A stretch of 64,000 nucleotides of DNA from Tubulanus polymorphus (taxonomy: Eukaryota > Animalia > Nemertea), in NCBI RefSeq assembly GCF_964204645.1, contig NC_134026.1:4921950-4985949 (forward strand), written 5' to 3'. The translations under genes and the position numbers were made by a program. How positions within the stretch are numbered: the first letter of the stretch is position 1; each line of letters starts with the position of its first letter. Positions 54,715 through 64,000 of the stretch are shown piece after piece. A model generated the notes under the pieces. It was not told where the DNA came from. It did no database searches and was given only the letters and a program-made list of their open reading frames with translations.

Positions 54715-57083
54715 TTAAAATGTTAAACCGTGCCAAAGTATCTCCTTTTCTGACTTCATAAAACGAGTATTTTCATTTTCATGCGTTATTTCCCAAGTGT
54801 TTATCCACGGCCCAGGGTTTATGGTGTCACTGCCGTCGTTCTGGAAGAAGAATATACGAATACATTAAATCTCAGATTAACGGTATTTGAAAATTCGTTT
54901 AACGATTCTTTTAACGGATTGACATGTCTTGGCGATGTGACAGGATACTGGGGTAACCCAAATATTGTCTGGTATAGAGTTAAATGCGCATCTCGTGTAA
55001 TTCATTAGACTCAATCTCAATAATTCTAGACTATGAATTAATCTAGACACCTTAAGTTTGAACTGACGACGTGGTCCAAAGAAAGAATCCCAGTCTATTT
55101 TTAACGTCGGATCGCTGACCGAACGCATGGGAAGGCCATCTTTTAATCCGTGGAAACCGTACGGTTGAAGCGGCGTCTGCCATCGTAGGTCAACACTCCA
55201 TCTGATTTTGTCGGATCGATTTGGCAAACTAAGGAGAAAAGAACAAAATGGTGTGAAAAACCGCCCTATGACACAAAGCAGAGAAACTTCAAACCCAATG
55301 CACACGATGCGGAGAGAGAAAAGCATGTTCCATGTGTGCGTTTAGAAGAAACACGGTTTCGGGAAATGATGTTTTCGGCATCGTGTTTGATTCCGTGTTT
55401 CCCTGTGTCGTTAGTACACGTAGTTGCGGACATGAGAAGTCGTAGCCTAACCTTCGATGTGGAAGCATGTTGTTGAAAAGTATCATGCTACCATATTTTA
55501 CAGGACAAGTGACGATGTCTTTTTCAACACTGACTCCTTAACAATGATAAAAAGAGAGAAGGAATAGTCGATATATCATTTCAAAACCTTATGTATTTTC
55601 ATATTTCGTTCATGCGCTAACCTAGCGTTTTCTCCATTTCTTTTTCGTCCAGTTCGACATACCAAGTATTTTTCCAGCAGCCAGTGTGTTTGGCGATAAG
55701 CCCTTTGCGATGCCCCGCCCGAATCAATTGTAGGCATCCATTACTTTCGTCGGCATCTAGAAACGGGATCCACGCTGTCGGTTGATGAACTATGTAGGAA
55801 TCGCGATCCAAATAAGCTACATCTGAAGCAGGATAACGCACCATGTATATATGTAAGAAATGTTCAACATTATATTGTCATATAATCAATTTTCCAACCT
55901 TTTTCCAAGTTACACAGGGAAAGGAGTTAGTAGGTTTGACACAGTACCTTGGTGCCAGGGAACAGTCGATGTAGTGTTTTTGGGGGTTTTAGTTCGTAAG
56001 TTCCACACAGGGTGACCGGCGATATCTGGACCAATCAATTGTTCGATTATGTTTAGGAGACGATCGTTCGACCAGAGTTTGCGAATAATCTAAAGGTTTA
56101 ACGATACTAAATGTTACTAGGTCCGATTGTGATAGATATATATTTGATTCGATCTGTAGATCTTTAAACCTTGAGACACATAAATACTCACCTCCGGCAT
56201 TTCGCCGAATTTATGTAAGATAACATTTGCACCGGGATATTCGTTTTCGATGAGCGTCAAACGTTCGAAAAACGATGCGGATTTGTACGTATCTAAATGT
56301 AAGAGATTTAAAAAAAACAATCATCGCACGTTCAAATCCCCAGTTAGTATATATTTGATTAGGCATTAAGTCCAACCTTTGATCTTTCCATTGGCGTACA
56401 AAACATCGGCCAATTCGTCAACAAATTCATTAATTGCATCTCTGCATGGATCTAATTCGTTTACTACGTCGAAAAAGTCATCGACCACAAGAAAACCCTT
56501 TGAAGAAAAGTTCAATCTCGTTCATTAGGCTCAGGGTCCCAGGCATTTGGTGCAATGGCGGATTCAGGGTACCTCACATGCCTCATGTGAGGTACTAGAA
56601 AAAAATCTGAAATGCCCTTCATGGAATGGTAGATAAACTTCCAAATGAATTTGAAAACTTTTCAAACGATTCATCAAGCAAGATTTCCTGAGGGTGTGCC
56701 TCAAACAAATTGTTTCCACGGTCCCGCATGGTGTTTCGAATATTCAATCGTACGCATTGAGTAAAAACAACAAGAATGGCTGAAAATTACTTATGCTGTC
56801 CATTGCCGGGGTTGATTCCTGCTTCTTTTTTTGGAAGCAAAACGCCTTTTTTCTTTGAGGCAGTCGAAATTGGACCCTGGATTCGCCCCTGGAAAGATTC
56901 ATTGAACTAAAACTGGCCCGGAAAACTGGCCACTATATTGAGCAGCGTAGTGAAATTCAGAGGACTTACCTCACTGAAGTAATGTTGAATCTGCTGAGAT
57001 GACAGTTGACCTGGCTTCTTTTCCAGCGGCTGTTTTGGTGGAACAGTAAACAGTTCTGGACATGGATAGCTCAATGCCGACAT
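54715..57083 (-). CDS. phytanoyl-CoA dioxygenase (PhyH) family Fe(II)/2OG dioxygenase, paralogue 1
   Basis: Exons 57083-56970, 56497-56377, 56292-56192, 56089-55948, 55822-55622, 55536-55452, 55228-55051, 54840-54715; motifs GFLVVDDFF, VPWHQD (HxD), TAWIPFLDADESNGCL, LPHRS (distal His), IRWS (2OG-binding Arg); AATAAA on - at ~54677-82. Confidence 0.92.
56553..56891. mobile_element. short inverted-repeat element in intron 1 of PhyH paralogue 1
   Basis: caatggcggattcaggg ... ccctggattcgcccctg termini; internal palindrome gtacctcacatg-cct-catgtgaggtac; largely absent at the homologous position of paralogue 2 (59641-59700). No TSD seen. Confidence 0.55.
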
Positions 57084-57793
57084 TTTACGTGCGCTAAACA
57101 CTACTGTTTTTCAGTTCCGAGGCTAAATATTGCTGATATTCAGTCCTGAGTACTGCTGTACGGTCGGCTGTGCGGTTATACACTGCGATGTATTTTATGG
57201 CAGCCGCGCTCGCATATGTGGGACTATGCCGCTCAGATAAACAGATAAAGCACTTGTGCTATTGGAAAATGGGGTTTGTAGACAATGTACACGCGTCAGG
57301 AAAAACGCGGTCGTAGCCTCTAGTCACAAGTGACATCGGACACTAGGTCATGCCTTAAGATTGGGAAAAAATTCCAACATCATTAAGGTATCTGAGAATG
57401 ATGCATTGAGCCGTCACCTGTCTTGATCTTTTCAATGTCACACAATTTCCGGTACTAAGGTGGTGAATACTATATATGCATTTTAGTCGAGTGGGTGGGT
57501 TCATAAAGAGTAAGTCAACCCAGCCTTCCTAGTGACATCCTTGCTGACCTCATTGATTTCTGGGAGAACGAATGGCAGCATTAGAAGATAATTTATTCTA
57601 TTCTTTTTCAAATAAAGTGCCCCATTCCAATTTTCAGGTCCTACACCTCAAAGAATCCTAGATCCGCCCTCGTATTTGAAACAGTCGGCAACTGCAAATG
57701 TCGACATCAAATTTATCAGTTTGATCAGTGGTTTTATTAAGCATTTATTTCATTATCATTAAAGTAATTCGCTATATAATTTGACAGAGATAT

Positions 57794-59843
57794 TCAAGCG
57801 TCGCCCGCATGCCAAAATATTTCCTTTGTTGTCTTTAAGTTCCAACGAGTATGTTCATTTTCATGCGTTATTTCCCAAAGCTTCATCCACGGCCCAACGG
57901 CAATGGCGTCACTGCCGTCGTTCTGAAAGCAGAAAAACCATTAACTATTGACTATCAGGGACATTAATTTCGATATTTTGAAAATTATTTTCAACACGTT
58001 AAAATCTTATCGGCGATAAGCGAAACTCATGACTTGTGTATTGTATTGTCTAAAAGAGATCGAAGGGGTTGTTTATCTCAAACTTTATAATCTATGTTAT
58101 ACTTCATGAATTTCACATATCTTAATAATTAAAACTACACCTTAAGTTTCAACTGACGACGTGGTCCGAAGTAAGTATCCCAGTCTATTTTAAAGGTCGG
58201 ATCGCTGGCCGAACGCATAGGAATGCCATCTCTTAATCCGTGGAAACCGTACGGTTGAAGCGGCGTCTGCCATCGTAGGTCTAAACTCCATCTAATTTTT
58301 TCGGATCGGTTAGGTAAACTGAAAGAACAATTAATGTTGTGGGGATGAAAAACGGCAAACAACACAAATCAATAGAAAATGCGCCTCTTGCAAACCCCTC
58401 AAAGTTTCCACATATACATGTACCTCGCCTCGCTCATGTTATAAGGTTATTCTACCTTACATTCTGAATGAATAAGTTGAAGCTGTTTATGAGAAAGAGT
58501 CCCTACCTTCGATGCGGAAGCATGTTGTTGAATAGTAGCATACCGCCGTATCTTATTGGACAGGTGACGATATCTTTTTCAACATCGACTCCTTACAACA
58601 GCAACAGAAAAAACATATGAGCTATATATACTCTATCAACAAATACTATACATTATATCGTATTTCGTTCATACACTAACCTAGCGTTTTCTCCATTTCT
58701 TTTTCATCGAGTTCGACGTACCAAGTATTTTTCCAGCAGCCAGTGTGTTTAGCTACAAGCCCTTTGCGATGCCCCGCGCGCATCACTTGAAGGCACCCAT
58801 TGCTTTCGTCGGCATCTAAAAGCGGGATCCACGCTGTCGGTTGATGGACTATGTAGGAATCGCTATCCAAATAAGCTACATCTAAAACAGGATGATACCA
58901 ATTATCAGTTGCACATCGTAGCCCGGTTGATGTTATCCGTGGCTATTAATTGAGCAAGAGCTTTCGAAATTTCAAAATACAGTATGTACCTTGGTGCCAT
59001 GGAACTGTAGTGGCAGTGTTTTTCGGGGTTTTAGTTCGTAAGTTCCACACAGGGTGACCGGCGATATCTGGACCAATCAATTGTTCAATCATGTTAAGGA
59101 GACGATCGTTCGACCACAGTTTGCGAATAATCTGATATATTCACAAACGAATATTGTGGAAAAGAAATCTCTCTTATAGGAATTTTGAATTTGATGACAG
59201 GAAGGTTCGAATCCATCGATCCACTCACCTCCGGCATTTCGCCGAATTTATGTAAGATAACATTTGCACCGGGATATTCCTTTTCGATTAGCGTCAAACG
59301 TTCGAAAAACGATGCGGATTTATACGTATCTGAATTCAAGAGATTAGAAACAACTTTAAGATGCACATTTTATCTTCATATTTAATTCTGTGGGGCATGA
59401 GAGCCTTTGATATACAGAGTATATACATGACATTATAGTTCCAACCTTCGATCTTTCCTTCCGCGTAGAGAACATTTGTCAATTCATCAACCAACTCATC
59501 AATTGCATCTTTGCATGGATCCAATTCGTTAGTTACGTCGAAGAAGTCATCAACCACTAGAAAACCCTTTAGAAAAAGTTCCGTCTCTTATATCGTAAAA
59601 CGTAGGCTTATGATCTATTTACTAAGTTCTTTTTCTCCAGGATCCCAGGCATTTGGTGCAACGGTGTAGATTTCTCGACTTAAAACTGGCCACTGTATTG
59701 AGCAGAGTAGTGAAATTCAGATGACTTACCTCACTGAAGTACTGTTGAATCTGCTGAGATGACAGTTGACCGGGCTTCTTTTCCAGCGGCTGTTTCGGTT
59801 GAACAGTAAACAGCTCCGGGCAAGGATAGCTCAATACCGACAT
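57794..59843 (-). CDS. phytanoyl-CoA dioxygenase (PhyH) family Fe(II)/2OG dioxygenase, paralogue 2
   Basis: Exons 59843-59730, 59566-59446, 59329-59229, 59131-58990, 58881-58681, 58591-58507, 58318-58141, 57922-57794; same exon sizes and catalytic motifs as paralogue 1 (last exon one codon longer). Confidence 0.92.
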
Positions 59844-60938
59844 TTTACGTGCGTGAATAACCAATGTAGTACTGCAGATTGCTGTAATCAGTATGACACC
59901 ACACTGTTTTTCCGCAGACACTGTTTTTCCGCAGTGCTGTACAGTCACACTAGAACTACTACAGTGTCATGTAAAGCTAACGTACGCGGCTGCTCGAAAG
60001 TGACAATCCGCGCATGGTTCTGTCGTCAATTGGGACTTTGTACAATATTGTCCCAAGATTGATTTATTCAGAATTAATGAAAGGGGCCAAGATTATTGGA
60101 AGGTGGTGGACCAGTCTAAGGGCACAATAGTTCAATCGCGAAACGGGAGTTTTAGGGGCACCACGGTGGCGAGCGCTGAAGGTGCGAATGCCACCGCAGG
60201 GGGTCTGGGGTCCCCTACCAGAAAATTTTGAAATGTTTGTGTTCTCCACGGGTTTTCGATGACTGCTATGAGGGGAATAATTCATATTTCTTTATAAAAT
60301 GAACAAAATCCTAGAAATAATTGAGGACACCTAAAAATATTTAGAAGGGACTAGTCCCCTTAGGGACTTGTCTGTGATAACAGCATGGGCCTCCGCCGCC
60401 CACACATAACCAGGCCTCCTGTCGGGGGTATTCGGCAGCCGAGAGCAACCACCACGCTCCATCCGTCAAAAATCCGTCCGTCTCTTGCTAATGGGAGTGG
60501 ATTGACGAAAACATTTATACAGATGAAATCGAGAGAGAATTAGAGATGAAATCGTTTTTAAACCGACCTCAAAGCGTGACTTAAAACGTAGCCTACTCTT
60601 TATAGACCTTGACTTTTATTTCATTATAACCTGATATTAATTACAATAATGGATTTGCCTCGTGGGCACAGTGACATACATTATATATACATCTAAACCG
60701 CACCGCCATGAAAATAAAGATTTCAAACATTTCCCAGTTAATGGTATCATAAGTATATATAAAATTCATAATCCAGGAGAAATTTATATGTAAGTATTAG
60801 TAAGCACTATGCCAAAATCGTATATACGATTATATTTAGAATGCAAACACAAAATTGATTCAGAATCGCGATGTTTTGTTTATATTTTTGCCTGAAATTT
60901 TGGCAAACAAGAAATAAATTCACGAATATAAAAATGAA

Positions 60939-62130
60939 TCAATTGATATCATCTAAGCATTTATACATATTGTCGTGACAATTATTTTTGTCGGAAACGC
61001 ACTGAGCGGTACATTCTAGCACACGTCTGTTTCTTGTTGCCGAGGGTTTTGGTGAGCCAATCCAAAACCAGACACCTTCTACCAAACCTGCAGATACACT
61101 TCACGATAATAATTTCAAAAACAAAATCTTAAACGCCGGAGGAATCGGTATCGGTACCTGTTTTTGAGCAGATGAACCACCAATGGTTTTCTGATCGTTG
61201 TATATTCATCTGCGGGTCAATTCGACTGCAGCCGACACATTCGTTTGTTTCGTCAGAATGGTAAAATTTTCCACATTTTTTCTCATTGTAGCAACGTCTG
61301 GCGCACTCACCAAATTTCGCAATTTGTTCGAATAATTTTGAACATTGAAACTTTTGTGTGAAAAAATGCATTGAAAAGTGACTGTCCTCTGTGGTTGTAT
61401 TAACGCTGAGTAGAATAATGAAAGAAAAGACTTCACAATCCCGCATAAGTGAACGTACGTTTATCTTACCCATCCTCGCTTGCCAGGGTTTGATTGCCGT
61501 GCGCTGTATAATAGACAAATAAAGGGTTTGCTGGTTGGCGTGAGCTTCAGCGGGCGGCAATCAAACCTTGGCAAACGAATATGCGACTTACGTTGAATTT
61601 CCTTTTGTGTGCTATAGACACACTTGGCGCTATTAACGACTTCACTTTCCTTGTTGCAATTCTTGTTATCAAAGAGGAGATGATCTGCAAGGCGTCTGTA
61701 GGTTTTGCATTTGAACCTCTCGCTTATTTGACCAACTAATAAAGATGCACAATTTGGCGTGTTAATGCAGATAGTTTCGCAGATATTTATAGCATCTAAT
61801 AAATCTTTTGCATTTTCCAATACTTTCACAAAATCAAGCTCATATCGTGCGCAAAACATCAGCCGACAAAATCGCATCCGTATCACTTCATCTGTTTCAA
61901 AAAAAATCAAAAATTTTTGAAAACTGAAGTATTTTATTTTCGTTCCTAACTGATTTACAGTTTCATGACAATTACAAGGCTTACATTAGTAACTCGTCGT
62001 CTAATAACTACGTATCTAAAAACTTACCTTTCTTTGGCCGAACTGCTAAAATTTTCACATGAATGCGACCAACAATTTCGTCACCGAAAAGTCCTAGCAG
62101 AACGAATAATAAGACTATTCGACCTGGCAT
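60939..62130 (-). CDS. secreted Cys-rich protein with PAN/Apple-like modules (~260 aa)
   Basis: Exon 1 62130-62028 (signal peptide MPGRIVLLFVLLGLFG..), exon 2 61891-61592 (CETICINTPNC..FKC), exon 3 61388 (or 61405)-61158 (CARRCYNEKKC..EC), exon 4 61087-60939 (CTAQC..C, TGA); phase-1 GT-AG introns; C-x3-C-x5-C pattern typical of PAN/Apple. Confidence 0.65.
61471..61583. mobile_element. short hairpin (foldback) element in intron 2 of the PAN/Apple-like gene; single-arm copy at 53951-53999
   Basis: catcctcgcttgccagggtttgattgccgtgcgctg ... cagcgggcggcaatcaaaccttggcaaacgaatatg; the same arm occurs at 53951 between HELQ and PhyH. Confidence 0.75.
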
Positions 62131-63638
62131 TATGTCATCGAATGAGGAACACGCAGCAAATTTCTGAATGCTTCTTTATTATGTAGCATATGCCACCGAA
62201 CTTCGAATGAACATTCTGTTGGTTGCTTTTACTAATTCCGTTTGAGGCACTGCGTTAAAAAATCTTCTAATCTCTAATTGCCTTTAACTATAAGGTATCA
62301 TTATGAATATCATCGTTTAGAAATTGTCGCTTTTTACCTATACACAGAGGTAACGAAAATAAGATGGTTGCCATGTGTGCTCGATCACTTTGCTTCGTGA
62401 AATCGACCACAGAACGGATCTAACCTAGGCTTTTGAATTCTGCTCAGCTGTGGAAAATAGAAAATTTTGTATTCTTTACCGCTCCGAGATGCAATCTAAG
62501 CACAGTTGGGGCATCAAATCTATCTTTCCATGCATCCACAATGTATGGCATTTCGAAAAATTGTTCGATACGTGGAAACAAGAAGTGTATTATTTTCGAT
62601 TATTCAAATTTACCCACCATTTTGATAACTTCTTCCAAAACTTGTAAAATAGAAGGGCACTTTGACACACGTGAGTACCGCTCCAGTGGTAAGTAGCGAT
62701 AGGCTGGATCCGCCTCTGCTGAAGTCGGACTGATGGGTCATTTTGGTTTCTCAAGTTGAAAAACGCCTTTCTTCTGTGGAAGTCCTTAAATCGTTCGAAT
62801 GATCATAATTCAAACGATACTTTTAAGTTATCGCTACTCTAATTTCACGTCGAGTATTTTCCTATTCTGGCCTCCCTAAGCCGTGTTTTGAACACGTGTT
62901 TTAGTCATCATACTTGAGAATTAACATGCTCCACACAGTTAAAATATGCATTCATCTCCACGCGCCGACGATTGAACAGTATCCGTATCTGACACTCGAA
63001 AGTAAATAAGCGAAAAAGCGGTGACTACCGAAATAAATCTAAGCCGATAAACACATTTTTGCTGCCATTCTACTACCTGGCTCCTAGTGTTGGCAAATAA
63101 GTCATCCTTCTACTTTCGATAACTTAGATGAGTGCGATATCTCTTCTTTGGATATGAAGCGCTCAGAAATCGAAGAGATGTATATCGTAATTCTTGATGG
63201 ATTGATATTCAAGCACGATCTATCTATTTCTAAAATCAAAAAATGACATGAGAACATAGTTAATTAGTTCGAGTTTTTTCTGTTGCCATACTTTGCTGAA
63301 TATTGTTTCATTGTTTGATTTAGGCTACGAGTGCGCTAGTATAGAGACATGCCGTCGCGGCGTTCCACGGGTTTGCCAAATGAGGTTACTCGACATCCAA
63401 AGGCCGAGACCAGGGATTTCTGTATTCCACCAGACGCCGAAAGCCTACGGCTTTGGTCATTACACTAAGTACACTGATAATTCCGATAAGGGCCCTTAAA
63501 TGAAATCAATTATACCGGTTGATCACCGATGAAGACGACTATGCCTTAGGTCATCTTAAAGATAGGTCCGCTTCGACCTTTTATTCGATTCTCGTTCTTC
63601 GGGAAAATCTGCTTCAATTTTCTGTCACGCTTTTATAG

Positions 63639-64000
63639 GAACGATGCCATATACGTTGTTCTAAAATGAAATCAAATTACAGAGAGTTTCGCGCTGTGTT
63701 GGAAGCATTCCGGACAGTGCTTAGTTTTAAGGCTCTTATACCTCGCAAAGGTGGTTACATCGGATCGGCTAACTCTCTATATCATCCATCACACGAAGGC
63801 AAATGCCAATTAATTCATCTACGAACGCAGAATCGGTTGATGTCGTGGATTAGCGAAGGAAATTCATCACCGGCCAGATTTACGCATCACGTTCGTCTGC
63901 CCGTAGACGCGGGCTTTTCGGTGATAACGAGTAAATTACGAGTCGATTTCCGTAGCTTTAAGTCTCCGTTCATCAGATACCGACGACTTAAACTTATTAC
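63639..64000 (+). CDS. possible coding exon of unknown gene running off the window edge
   Basis: Acceptor tttctgtcacgcttttatag| followed by 120 codons without a stop (ERCHIRCSKMKSNYREF...); no recognisable domain. Confidence 0.3.

Noticed and set aside
1-64000. CRISPR arrays, rRNA, prokaryotic systems, transposase or reverse transcriptase ORFs
   Set aside because: None seen; the window is spliceosomal-intron eukaryotic DNA.

Overview
AT-rich, intron-containing animal genomic DNA (invertebrate-like gene structure; taxon not determinable here). It holds: (1) most of a LAR-family (type IIa) receptor tyrosine phosphatase gene on + (Ig3, nine FN3 repeats, membrane-proximal region, TM, PTP D1 and D2; 4733..38874; 5' exons lie outside the window); (2) a complete HELQ helicase gene on + (45785..53730); (3) two tandem 8-exon PhyH-type Fe(II)/2-oxoglutarate dioxygenase paralogues on - (54715..57083, 57794..59843); (4) a 4-exon secreted Cys-rich PAN/Apple-like gene on - (60939..62130) that is not evident from the ORF track; (5) many short non-autonomous DNA transposons, including a 788-bp foldback element with an 8-bp TSD. 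The most interesting signal is a set of about a dozen candidate 3-69 nt, frame-preserving, phase-matched microexons in the LAR introns. They sit at most interdomain linkers and in the D1 E-loop, and the same introns are rich in TGCATG (Rbfox) motifs. All exon calls were read by eye from splice signals and need RNA-seq confirmation.
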